Source of the DNA: a bacterium
GTDB taxonomy: Bacteria; UBA10199; 2-02-FULL-44-16; JAAZCA01
Length of the DNA stretch: 64,000 nucleotides
Assembly: GCA_963674695.2 (NCBI GenBank)
Contig: CAXXGI010000003.1
Span: 480,001-544,000, forward strand
Direction: 5' to 3'
Part shown: in pieces, positions 1 through 8,813 of the stretch
How positions within the stretch are numbered: position 1 is the stretch's first letter
Layout of the letters: the number at the start of each line of letters is the position of its first letter
Translations under genes and position numbers: made by a program
Notes under the pieces: model-generated
Databases searched by the model: none
Told to the model about the DNA's origin: nothing
What the model saw: only the letters and a program-made list of their open reading frames with translations

Positions 1-4
1 TGAG

Positions 5-949
5 GTGAACCTGACGCGCGTGATCCCCGTGGGGGCGATCAGCCAGGGGCTTGCCGGAGGGGCGCTCTCCGAGATCGAGGCGATGGCGCGTGAAGGCGTG
101 AGGGCGCTCTCCGATGACGGTATGGGCGTTCAGAGCGATCTGCTCATGTGCGAGGCCCTGATGTTGGCGAAGGTGCTCGGGCTGGTCGTCATGAGCCACT
201 CCGAGGCCAAACCCGCTGGGGTCGATGGCATCGTGAACGATGGCGCGCATGCCGCCCGGCTGGGGTTTGCGGGCATTCCGCGGGCGTGGGAGAACGACAT
301 GATCGTGCGCGATATCGCCCTGGCGCAGGAGACCGGCGCGCGCATGCACCTGGCGCACGTGAGCACGGCCGAGGGGATCGCGGCGGTACGCGCGGCCAAG
401 GCCGCCGGCGTTGCGGTCACCTGTGAGGTCACGCCGCACCATCTGTTGCTGACCGAGGATGATCTCGACCGCCTGGGCGCGATGGGAAAGATGAAGCCGC
501 CGCTGCGCACGAGCGCCGATGTCGAGGCGCTCATTGCGGGTCTTATCGACGGCACGGTCGATGCGATCGCCACGGATCACGCCCCGCATGCGGCGGATGA
601 GAAGAAGGATCTGGCCAGCGCGGCCTTTGGCGTCATCGGCATGGAGACCGCCTTTGCCGTCTGTCATGACCGACTGGTGGAAAGGGGAATCATCACGCTT
701 GCGCGCCTGATCGAACTCTTCACCGCGGGCCCGGCGCGTGTCCTTCCGGGCACGGGCGGAACGCTCGACGTGGGCGCGAGCGCGGATGTGACGATCGTCG
801 ATCCGAAGCAGAGTTGGACCATCGACCCGGAGGCCTTTGCCTCGAAGGCGCGCAACACGCCCTTCGCGGGATGGACGGTGCAGGGCAGGGTGGTTCGCAC
901 GATTCGCGATGGACGGGATATGTATAATCTGACGTGTCCGAATGGGTAG
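5..949 (+). CDS. pyrC: Dihydroorotase (5'-truncated at window edge)
   Basis: Amidohydrolase motifs SDDG, HLAHVST, CEVTPHHL, KMKPPLR, IATDHAPH, SKARNTPF. Confidence 0.9.
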   Translation: MNLTRVIPVGAISQGLAGGALSEIEAMAREGVRALSDDGMGVQSDLLMCEALMLAKVLGLVVMSHSEAKPAGVDGIVNDGAHAARLGFAGIPRAWENDMIVRDIALAQETGARMHLAHVSTAEGIAAVRAAKAAGVAVTCEVTPHHLLLTEDDLDRLGAMGKMKPPLRTSADVEALIAGLIDGTVDAIATDHAPHAADEKKDLASAAFGVIGMETAFAVCHDRLVERGIITLARLIELFTAGPARVLPGTGGTLDVGASADVTIVDPKQSWTIDPEAFASKARNTPFAGWTVQGRVVRTIRDGRDMYNLTCPNG

Positions 950-950
950 G

Positions 951-1018
951 TCGAGATTCCCGCGTTCGCGGGAATGACACCCCTTGCATTGTCATCTCCG
1001 TGAAAACGGGGATCTCGA
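951..1018. repeat. REP-like palindrome pair
   Basis: GAGATTCCCGCGTTCGCGGGAATGACA followed by GTCATCTCCGTGAAAACGGGGATCTCGA; the same family recurs across host DNA. Confidence 0.85.
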
Positions 1019-1033
1019 TGTAGTTGCCCGGGA

Positions 1034-1954
1034 ATGACGACGGAAAAAGTGAAACCAATGGTTGAAAAGAAACTTATCAAGAAAGGGTCGAAAAACGGTG
1101 CTATTGCCGTCACCGATCCGTTGCAGCGATACCTCCAGGAGGTGCATGCCTATCCGATGCTCACCCCTGAGGAAGAGGTGGAACTTGCGCGCCGCTATCA
1201 TGAGGAAGGTGACATCGAGGCGGCCAAGAAACTCGTGACCACGCACCTGCGACTCGTGGCCAAGATCGCCATGGAGTATCGCAACGCCTACCACAACGTC
1301 TTGGACCTCATCCAGGAGGGGAACGTCGGCCTGATGCAGGCCGTGGCCCACTTCAGCACGGAGGGGGGCGCGCGCCTCGGCCATTACGCCTCCTGGTGGA
1401 TTCGGTCCTTTATTCTCAAGTACATCCTCGAGAACTTTCGTCTCATCAAGCTGGGGACGACCAAGGAGCAGAAGAAGCTCTTCTACAATTTGATGCGCGA
1501 AAAAGAGCGGATCGAGAAGATGGGATATTATGCGACGTCGAGTGAGCTTTCTCGGCGGCTCGGCGTCGATGAAAAGAAGGTCATCGACATGGAGCATCGT
1601 CTGACCACGCCGGAATATTCGATGCACGCCCCGGTCGGCTCCGGCGATGGCGAAGCGCTACTAGAGGATTTCCTGCCGGTCGATGATGCCCAGCCGGATG
1701 AGCACGTCGCTCGGGAAGAGACGCGTGATCTGCTGGCACAGAAGTTTAAGGAGTTCGCCGGGGGCTTGAACGAGCGCGACCTGAAGATCTTCGAGGAGCG
1801 GCTCATGGCGGAACTTCCGCTCACGCTCAAGGAGATCGCCGAGGAATATGGCATCACAAAGGAGCGGGTACGCCAGCTCGAGGCGCGTCTCATCGGGGGG
1901 CTCAAGGCGTTCTTGCAGGAGAGCGGCATTGACGAAGGGACGCTGCAGTTCTAG
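1034..1954 (+). CDS. rpoH: RNA polymerase sigma-32 (RpoH-family) factor; start may be 1058
   Basis: Sigma70 regions (DLIQEGNVGLMQAV, YASWWIR, TKERVRQLE) plus RpoH-box-like QKKLFYNL. Confidence 0.85.
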   Translation: MTTEKVKPMVEKKLIKKGSKNGAIAVTDPLQRYLQEVHAYPMLTPEEEVELARRYHEEGDIEAAKKLVTTHLRLVAKIAMEYRNAYHNVLDLIQEGNVGLMQAVAHFSTEGGARLGHYASWWIRSFILKYILENFRLIKLGTTKEQKKLFYNLMREKERIEKMGYYATSSELSRRLGVDEKKVIDMEHRLTTPEYSMHAPVGSGDGEALLEDFLPVDDAQPDEHVAREETRDLLAQKFKEFAGGLNERDLKIFEERLMAELPLTLKEIAEEYGITKERVRQLEARLIGGLKAFLQESGIDEGTLQF

Positions 1955-1985
1955 AGAGGCCCTGGCTGCATTCGGGGTGGGGAGA

Positions 1986-2013
1986 TCGAGATTCCCGCTT
2001 TCGTGGGAATGAC
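1986..2013. repeat. REP-like palindrome
   Basis: TCGAGATTCCCGCTTTCGTGGGAATGAC. Confidence 0.85.
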
Positions 2014-2052
2014 ATCGATTGTCAGTAATGCAGAAAAAGAGTTGCGTGAAAG

Positions 2053-2080
2053 ATGTTACATAATATATCTTATACGACGT
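2053..2080 (-). other. dif: dif-like site (XerC/XerD), attL of the prophage
   Basis: Minus strand ACGTCGTATAA-GATATA-TTATGTAACAT, an 11-6-11 layout; XerD arm matches E. coli TTATGTTAAAT at 9/11. Confidence 0.85.
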
Positions 2081-2098
2081 CCGCAGTACGAACAAAAA

Positions 2099-2194
2099 TA
2101 ATCACAACAACGCACAGACTTGCGACAGACACCCGCTAAGATGGTGTCGCGGCCCTTGCGGGCAATCCATGCGTTGTTGTGATTAGCGGGTGTC
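2099..2194 (-). ncRNA. C4/CI-like antisense RNA with adjacent target site
   Basis: 2099-2114 pairs with 2170-2185; internal GCCC-GCAA-GGGC hairpin (minus strand); 2128-2139 is perfectly complementary to 2183-2194. Confidence 0.6.
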
Positions 2195-2235
2195 ATATTT
2201 ATTTTGTTACTCCCCTGAAAAACAAAACTCAAGAG

Positions 2236-2403
2236 CTATTTTCTCTCGGGCCACTTTTTTCCCTCACGCCGCATACGTTCCATGAGCGATTGGATGCAAT
2301 AGTTGTTCGCCGATTGGAGGGCGGCCCTGGCCGCGCGATTGACCGACTCTAGCTCTGCCGGTGTAACTCTGACGTGAATTGTCTTCTTGTCTCGTTCCCG
2401 CAT
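2236..2403 (-). CDS. Ribbon-helix-helix (Arc/HicB-like) DNA-binding protein
   Basis: KTIHVRVTPAELESVNRAARAALQSANNYCIQSL; GGAGGG RBS before ATG 2403. Confidence 0.65.
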   Translation of the reverse strand: MRERDKKTIHVRVTPAELESVNRAARAALQSANNYCIQSLMERMRREGKKWPERK

Positions 2404-2538
2404 CTCGTCCCTCCGATGTACGAATACTTCCACAGTAGGCCCACAGCGTCAACAAAAAAGCGCATGAGCCCTCCGCTGACCATGGCATTACAATGGCATT
2501 TAATGGGGGTTACAGTGAAATCATATTTTTTCGGGAAT

Positions 2539-2778
2539 TTAGCTGTTCTCCGCAACCGCGAGCTGCGCCCAATGCTCGGACTCCAGTCGGGCGTGATAAT
2601 GCGCGATGAGAGCTCCCAGGGCGATCTCTGCGTCGATATTGCCATGCACGGCGTTCCGGGCCTGGTCGATGAGCCTCTGCTCCTCAATCTCTCTCCGGTT
2701 TCGGGGGGACGACTCCACCTGCCCGCCGTCGTGGTTGTTGTATTTACCGATGCTCATTCCAGACCGGCTCTTTCTCAA
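2539..2778 (-). CDS. Small phage hypothetical protein
   Basis: Co-oriented ORF filling the gap after the spanins. Confidence 0.45.
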   Translation of the reverse strand: MRKSRSGMSIGKYNNHDGGQVESSPRNRREIEEQRLIDQARNAVHGNIDAEIALGALIAHYHARLESEHWAQLAVAENS

Positions 2779-3001
2779 CCTTGATGATATATGTTTTCAC
2801 GTTCTCATCATTGATAAGCACGGGGACAATCGTCACCTCGCACCATTCCTCGCCGTCGATAACGTGACAATTCCGCACCTGCACAGGCAATAAATCCGGC
2901 CTACGGTGCATCGGGCGCTTCGTCAGGCCAGCTGGACAACATCCGAGCAGCATCATCAGCAGGCACAAAGCCAGACAGGATTTTATAAACACGTTTATCA
3001 T
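2744..3001 (-). CDS. Lipoprotein, o-spanin (Rz1-like) candidate
   Basis: Signal peptide with lipobox LLGC; overlaps the i-spanin candidate out of frame. Confidence 0.55.
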   Translation of the reverse strand: MINVFIKSCLALCLLMMLLGCCPAGLTKRPMHRRPDLLPVQVRNCHVIDGEEWCEVTIVPVLINDENVKTYIIKVEKEPVWNEHR

Positions 3002-3221
3002 GGGCCACCTCGATCTCTTCCTGGTCCTCAGTCGATTCGTTGATTTCCGTGATTTGTTTGGTGGCGGTCGTTTCTTGTCGCGCTACATTCCGGTTGTGTT
3101 CGTATTGACAACCCTTCAGAAAGCCCGCAAAGAAAATGCCCGCAGCAATAGCCATGCAGATCGTATATTTGTTGACGAGCAGTTCCTTCGCGGTTTTCCC
3201 TGCAAGAATTGAAAATATCAT
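2901..3221 (-). CDS. i-spanin (Rz-like) candidate
   Basis: N-terminal TM helix then hydrophilic helical region; in the lysis cassette; start overlaps the holin stop. Confidence 0.55.
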   Translation of the reverse strand: MIFSILAGKTAKELLVNKYTICMAIAAGIFFAGFLKGCQYEHNRNVARQETTATKQITEINESTEDQEEIEVAHDKRVYKILSGFVPADDAARMLSSWPDEAPDAP

Positions 3222-3412
3222 TTCGCCTGTTCCTTCTTCGCCAGCCCGCGACTGATCGTATATGCGGACGTTGTGATGCCCATAATCGTAGACGCGACGA
3301 TCATTGCAGCGGCGGCATGACCGGAATAGATGCCCGCGAGAGCCGTAAACATCGCACCGAGATTGACAAAAACTGTAATCCAAAATTCAGAAGTCTTTGC
3401 GCCAGCTCGCAT
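3218..3412 (-). CDS. Holin candidate
   Basis: 64 aa, KTSEFW motif, two TM segments, basic tail; adjacent to endolysin. Confidence 0.65.
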   Translation of the reverse strand: MRAGAKTSEFWITVFVNLGAMFTALAGIYSGHAAAAMIVASTIMGITTSAYTISRGLAKKEQAK

Positions 3413-3421
3413 AGGTCCCCC

Positions 3422-3784
3422 TCAAGGCAACTGAAAATGACAGTCTTCCATGCGCAGATTTATCAACCCAAGACTGTTCCCAATCTCGACGGCCCTCTTC
3501 CATGCTGGGCCTTTCGTGTTCCAGTCGAGTTTGCCGCCGACCGAGATCGCAATGTCGAACGCCATTGCTGGCAATGAGTTGTGCCGACTCTTCCCAGGTT
3601 TGCAGCGCGTAAGTATCTTTCCCGATTTTGTTCTGCCCTGTGCGTATAGCTCCGCCTGCTCTTCGTTCGATCTGTGAGTGCACGTCAGGAATGCGTCATA
3701 TCCGGCTTCGTCCATCATTGCGTCCATCTTCGCCCACGCCGCCTTCAGTTTCGGAGCCAAGAGATTTGGGTTTCGACTGGCCAT
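3422..3784 (-). CDS. Endolysin, M15 family peptidase
   Basis: RSNEEQAELYAQGRT, SRHN...AFD, EDCHFQL zinc-peptidase motifs. Confidence 0.85.
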   Translation of the reverse strand: MASRNPNLLAPKLKAAWAKMDAMMDEAGYDAFLTCTHRSNEEQAELYAQGRTKSGKILTRCKPGKSRHNSLPAMAFDIAISVGGKLDWNTKGPAWKRAVEIGNSLGLINLRMEDCHFQLP

Positions 3785-3786
3785 AT

Positions 3787-4005
3787 TCACGTTCCCCGCT
3801 TCATCCACTCCTTCAGCCACAACAACACAAACCCAACCATCGCTGCGACAAACGCAATCGCCCCTGTGATCCGGTGTCGCCACTGTGTGTTTTTCTTCAC
3901 GGCATCACACACCCCGTCGATCTTTTCGCCCATCGCATCGACGGACGCCTTCATGCTTCCTATCTTTTCCGATATATCAATGAGGATAACGCGCTCGTCG
4001 GTCAT
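3787..4005 (-). CDS. Coiled-coil plus C-terminal TM lysis-region protein
   Basis: 72 aa, single C-terminal hydrophobic helix, upstream of endolysin. Confidence 0.55.
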   Translation of the reverse strand: MTDERVILIDISEKIGSMKASVDAMGEKIDGVCDAVKKNTQWRHRITGAIAFVAAMVGFVLLWLKEWMKRGT

Positions 4006-5648
4006 AACACCGCCTTGTAGATTGAATGATTCCCGCTCACGTCTGAATAGGATATTTTTGTTCCGACGGTTAGGACTCTGAAGCTGATATATTTTATGGA
4101 GGTATATGAAGTATCTGTCGCGGATAACTGCTCTATATCATCAACATAGACCTTCATAACTCCCGCGGCTGATATTGTCCAAGTGTGTTTATGCCAAGCA
4201 TCCATCGTAAAAACGCCACCTGTAACTAGATAGTTCATTTCTTTTCTCAAAGCTATTGAACCATTGCTGTATGTAACATTGTAATTTGTTCCGGTTGATA
4301 TATCGTCAATCACTTCCTCGCTCAGTTGAAAATATACCTGAGCACCAAACGGAGTTGGCATTTTCATCCAGAATTCGAACCTTCCATGCAACGCCTCCGT
4401 TGGAGTTTGCCCGAATACAGAAATCGGCATGCTGAAATTACCAATAGATACATTTTCAATCGCTTTCACATCCGCGCCGTTAATTGAATCGGTTGAGATT
4501 CGCCATAAGCCAGAATCAATAGTAAATGGTGTGTTTTCTAAAAACCCTCCAGTTCTGGTTGATGCTGAAACATGAGCACCCCAATCGGTTTTCCACGATT
4601 CAGGGTAAATCTTTCCAACCTCGACCACGTTCACGTTATCGAACCACACGCTGTTAATGGTCGTTCCGTTATAATAAAATTGTACGCTCGCATTTGTCGC
4701 AACGAATGTTTCGTCAAACGATTGAAACGACGCATCGGTTGTGCCAACCCACAGGGTGGCGCCAGAATACACGCGAGGGGGCACCGTTCCGTTCCCACGA
4801 GCTTTGCCTGTCACTCGATACGTTTTGCCGACTTCAAGAAATGACTGATACGCCCCGGGGTTGTTCGCGCCGGTTCCAGTGATTTTCAACGACCGCGTCC
4901 CGCTATATTTTATAGTGGTGTCTTTTGTTAGGTCTCCGCTTCCGCAGGCCAGCCATGACGCAACACCAGCCGCTTCCATATCGCCGTCGGCAATTTCGTT
5001 TGGGTCGGATTGTTTTGCTTTCGCAGTCGCCTTCTGCGGCCACCGCATTCCCTCCATCTCATCTTGTACATCAGAGATTTCGGTGTCAGTTAAAATCCGA
5101 TTTACAATGACGATCCATGCAATCAGACCGTCATACGTTCTCGTCCCGTCCGATCTATTCCCGACAATCACATTCGTGGTCCCCGCTGCTGGCGTTCCGC
5201 TCGCGGAATCGGAGACTGTTTCGATGGCGTCTTTGAAGATGTTTACGACGCCCGCGCTGGTTCTGGTAATCCCGATCACAACGGGTGTGCCATAGTCTAT
5301 GGCGCAATTCGCCGTAACGGTTCCACCGCCATTCGACGACACATTGACGGCGCTCAAGTCCGGCGTCTGGACAATGAATTTGCCATTATCCAAAAATTTA
5401 CCGTAACCATTTTGGCCTTTGGATCTGGCATTTATTTTAAAAACAACGGATATGTCCCCCGCTCCGATGAAATCAGCGCCAAGGTCGATGCCCCCAGCGA
5501 CACCGTCGAAGTTCCACCCGAGTCTGGAAAACGATAGACTGTTGGGCGTTCCGTCTTTGGTGCTACCAAAATCAAGACAGCATCCAGATCGGCCGTCGTG
5601 ATACGAAAGAAGTGCACCCTCGTTTTTAAGCTTCTGGATTGTGCTCAT
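4002..5648 (-). CDS. Virion protein with LamG/ConA-like and carbohydrate-binding-like domains (receptor-binding candidate)
   Basis: YDGLIAWIVIVNRILTDTEI (LamG-like), NEIADGDME and VWFDNVNVVEV (CBM-like), second lectin-like C-terminal domain. Confidence 0.65.
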   Translation of the reverse strand: MSTIQKLKNEGALLSYHDGRSGCCLDFGSTKDGTPNSLSFSRLGWNFDGVAGGIDLGADFIGAGDISVVFKINARSKGQNGYGKFLDNGKFIVQTPDLSAVNVSSNGGGTVTANCAIDYGTPVVIGITRTSAGVVNIFKDAIETVSDSASGTPAAGTTNVIVGNRSDGTRTYDGLIAWIVIVNRILTDTEISDVQDEMEGMRWPQKATAKAKQSDPNEIADGDMEAAGVASWLACGSGDLTKDTTIKYSGTRSLKITGTGANNPGAYQSFLEVGKTYRVTGKARGNGTVPPRVYSGATLWVGTTDASFQSFDETFVATNASVQFYYNGTTINSVWFDNVNVVEVGKIYPESWKTDWGAHVSASTRTGGFLENTPFTIDSGLWRISTDSINGADVKAIENVSIGNFSMPISVFGQTPTEALHGRFEFWMKMPTPFGAQVYFQLSEEVIDDISTGTNYNVTYSNGSIALRKEMNYLVTGGVFTMDAWHKHTWTISAAGVMKVYVDDIEQLSATDTSYTSIKYISFRVLTVGTKISYSDVSGNHSIYKAVL

Positions 5649-5823
5649 CGTTTACCTCGTGGACAATCGCCATGATTTCGCTGATTTTGTAATGCTCGTT
5701 GTTGGCTATCGGACCGAATATGTATTTCGTTTCGATTGACCTCCCCAACGCAACGAGATCACAACCAACCTCATAAGCGTCATCGATGTGACCTTTGATT
5801 TCTGCTCTCTTTGCTTCGTCCAT
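5626..5823 (-). CDS. Phage hypothetical protein
   Basis: Strong GGAGGAG RBS, co-oriented with neighbours. Confidence 0.55.
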   Translation of the reverse strand: MDEAKRAEIKGHIDDAYEVGCDLVALGRSIETKYIFGPIANNEHYKISEIMAIVHEVNDEHNPEA

Positions 5824-5832
5824 AACTCCTCC

Positions 5833-6651
5833 TCACAGAGCCTTCTTGCGCTCATATAAAATTACAGTGTTCGTCGCTCCGCTCGCTACGACCACCCAAC
5901 GATAGCGCCTGTAGTTTAGGTTTGCTTTCGATGCAGTGATGAGCAGTGTTCCATTCGTTACGGTAAGGCTAGCAACCTCAGCATCAACGAGCGAATCGTC
6001 ATCATGGAACTTGATTGCGTTAAAGTCGGCAGTGGCGGCGTCTTCATCGTTCGACACTTCCAGCGTCAATGTCAGAGTTCCATCTGCATCGATGAATTTT
6101 CCAGTCGCGGAAATGTCTTTATACCCATCCATCGTGCCGCCAGTTGCGCTTGGGTAATAATGCGTTGCGGCGGATATGTTCGTCGTATCAACCAAACAGA
6201 CCGGAGTGTGCTGCGCCGAAAGGGGATCTGTTTCGGTGTTACGATTTGAGGTTGTGACAGCAGTGTACGCCTTGTCCGGCCCAATGACCGTGACAACGTA
6301 TTCGTCGGTTGCGGCAAAGGTCGCACCGGCGACGGTAAGAACACCTGCGGCGTAACTGAACGCACTTCCCGTAGGCGAGTACGTCACTGCTTTATCTGCG
6401 CTGACCTGCACTTTCACGCTCACAAACTGCACCGTCGTTGGGGTGTACGGCAACCCGGATAGCGTGATCGTCTCGGCGCTTGTATATGCAACCGTGAAAT
6501 CCTCCGGGCTACGATACGTCGCATCGCCCCCGCCCCCACCACCGGTGGAAACGTCTGCGTTGCCCAGATCAACAGCAACTGCACATTGCCCGTCTTCCCG
6601 TTCCCTGAATTTACTAAATTCCCTTGAATCCATGTCACTCGGTAACGTCAT
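5833..6651 (-). CDS. Putative virion structural protein
   Basis: Thr/Ala/Val-rich, beta-type composition; GGAGG RBS; late region. Confidence 0.6.
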   Translation of the reverse strand: MTLPSDMDSREFSKFREREDGQCAVAVDLGNADVSTGGGGGGDATYRSPEDFTVAYTSAETITLSGLPYTPTTVQFVSVKVQVSADKAVTYSPTGSAFSYAAGVLTVAGATFAATDEYVVTVIGPDKAYTAVTTSNRNTETDPLSAQHTPVCLVDTTNISAATHYYPSATGGTMDGYKDISATGKFIDADGTLTLTLEVSNDEDAATADFNAIKFHDDDSLVDAEVASLTVTNGTLLITASKANLNYRRYRWVVVASGATNTVILYERKKAL

Positions 6652-6761
6652 TTCGTGCCTCCTTTACTTCGCCGCTAGTTATCTAATTGATATTATTACC
6701 CTATTAAATCCTTGAATGTAGGCCCCGTCTAGGGGTAGTGTCCTCGACAGGAGGCCTTCCA

Positions 6762-7319
6762 ATGAAAAAGCTTATCTGCATTGCCCTTGTATCCATATTC
6801 GTTTCAGCGTGTGGCTCCGGTGGTTCAACGGCGCCGTCTTCATCGCCGTCAGGTGATGTGTCCGCATCCTTGCCCGATATTATCGATCAAATATCGGATG
6901 GTATTTTCAAGTATGCCGATCCATCACTCTACAGAGGCACATACTACAAGGCCAGCAACCCGACCGATACGTGCAGCAGCGACGGTGGAGTTATGCCAGC
7001 CACCATTGAAATCGCTGCCATGACAAACGGCTCAATGGTAATGATCTATGACGAATTTCAAGAAACGCTTGGTTCAATTCCTCAAACCGAATTTGATTTC
7101 TATGTCTTTGAAGGCCTTTACTCCGGGTATTCTTGCCTGTACGCCATGAGCAGCATGAACAGGTCGGGCACCATCGATAAGGCGGTTGCCTATTGCGAAG
7201 ACGCTGATTCGACCTTGTCGTGCGCCGTTGGATACGAGCGCGCTTCCGCTTACGACTTTACAACCACGACAATTAAAGGCGATCCAACAAATGCCTTTAA
7301 GAGCCTTGAGGACTTTTGA
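6762..7319 (+). CDS. Lipoprotein moron, the only sizeable plus-strand phage gene
   Basis: MKKLICIALVSIFVSAC lipobox, AGGAGG RBS, Ser/Gly linker. Confidence 0.7.
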   Translation: MKKLICIALVSIFVSACGSGGSTAPSSSPSGDVSASLPDIIDQISDGIFKYADPSLYRGTYYKASNPTDTCSSDGGVMPATIEIAAMTNGSMVMIYDEFQETLGSIPQTEFDFYVFEGLYSGYSCLYAMSSMNRSGTIDKAVAYCEDADSTLSCAVGYERASAYDFTTTTIKGDPTNAFKSLEDF

Positions 7320-7391
7320 TTTTCAAAGAGCTATGGGCTATATAATCGCAATCATCGCCGGACTTCTCGTTGCCTGGTTTTTCGTCCAGGA

Positions 7392-8813
7392 CTAGTATTG
7401 CCTCGACGCGCCATATTGCTTTACAAGCCCCATCTTCATTGAGCGCCCCAGAACATTGAACAACATCTTCCTGAATGTTGGGTGTGCCATCAAATCAGCG
7501 TAAATAGTTTCTCCGCCCTTCTTTGAAACTATCTTGTCTAGCTGTGTAGCAAGGTATGACTTCACGGGGAACGAACGCCCTGCCTTCTGCGCCATCGCTG
7601 CAGTTACTGCGCCGCCCATGTCACCCGTTGCGGCATAGCCCAACGCCCCAGCGCCACCAGTTGACATTGGGTGTGCAACCATCACGGCTCCGTTTTTCAA
7701 ATCCTTTGCCATGGAGTTGGAAACGACATCCACAAGTTCATTGTAAATATGATATTCCTTGTTTAGAAACGATGCTTCAGGGACGATCTTGTTGATTTCC
7801 GCCCTAAGTCCATCCGCAACCCCTTTAGACCATTCACGCTCAACCGCGGCCACTGCGTCAACATTGCCCAACTGCTGCGCGTTATATATAGATTTCGCAC
7901 GGTCTGCATGAAGTCGCTTAATGATGTTGGCCTCCATTGGATTCAATATCTTGCTATTTGGTTTTATCAGCTCCCGCGTTGGAACATATGAGAACTCATG
8001 GCGCGCGTGCTTACCAAGAAACTCCGCTTCTTTTCGTTCCAGTAGCTTCAACCCCTTCAAATCGTTGAGCCTCGTTAGCTTTTGGCGGACTGGCTGCAAT
8101 GATTGCATGATTTTGTGTGGATCAATTGAAGCCTGCGACGCCTCATTCAGCACTGTGTCTAGCTGCTGGCCAACGAGCTTTTTGTCGCGAACAACCCTGT
8201 TTAAAACATTGCGTTTCATACCGTAAACGCCCCGCTTTGCGGCCTCCTGTCCCAATGTCAGCTCACCCTTCACGATGTTTCCAGCGATTTCCTTTGTGGG
8301 AGTAGGGAACGCAGACGTTGCCAATCTTTGCTGCAATGGCTTGACGTAGTTCTTCGCACCGAATCGGCCAGCAATTTTCATTGCTTGACCAACGGGGAGT
8401 GCTTCTGCTGCCATGCTTGCTGATCCTGTTTGGGCCGCCCTTCCGATCGTTTCGCGCATTCCTTTCGGCTTATGCCACCCAAGAGCTTGACGAATCGCAT
8501 CTTCTGCGACTTGCCCCCCTGCACCACCAAGGCCAGCACCGGCGACACCAAAAAGTGGTGCGGTTACGGGCGACCCAAGACCTCCACCCGCAGGGAGCCC
8601 AGCCATTCCACCCAGAACAGCACCCCCAACATACCCCGCCATCGGCAGTTGCCCGCTCAAGAGATTTCTATCGGCCCAACCGCCTTTGTCGAAAGCGCCA
8701 GCGTCCTTATCGACCAATCCTCGACGCCGGGCCTCGGCAAGAAGTTGCTTTTTGCCTTCTGGCAATTTCCCACGCTTTTCAAGCTCGACCATTATTTGAA
8801 TTTTATTGGCCAT
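7392..8813 (-). CDS. Internal virion (DNA ejection) protein
   Basis: Gly/Ala-rich hydrophobic hairpin, basic helical body; podovirus ejection cluster position. Confidence 0.6.
   Translation of the reverse strand: MANKIQIMVELEKRGKLPEGKKQLLAEARRRGLVDKDAGAFDKGGWADRNLLSGQLPMAGYVGGAVLGGMAGLPAGGGLGSPVTAPLFGVAGAGLGGAGGQVAEDAIRQALGWHKPKGMRETIGRAAQTGSASMAAEALPVGQAMKIAGRFGAKNYVKPLQQRLATSAFPTPTKEIAGNIVKGELTLGQEAAKRGVYGMKRNVLNRVVRDKKLVGQQLDTVLNEASQASIDPHKIMQSLQPVRQKLTRLNDLKGLKLLERKEAEFLGKHARHEFSYVPTRELIKPNSKILNPMEANIIKRLHADRAKSIYNAQQLGNVDAVAAVEREWSKGVADGLRAEINKIVPEASFLNKEYHIYNELVDVVSNSMAKDLKNGAVMVAHPMSTGGAGALGYAATGDMGGAVTAAMAQKAGRSFPVKSYLATQLDKIVSKKGGETIYADLMAHPTFRKMLFNVLGRSMKMGLVKQYGASRQY

Noticed and set aside
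1986-2013. REP element as the phage attachment site
   Set aside because: No matching REP at the right boundary; the dif-core repeat explains both ends
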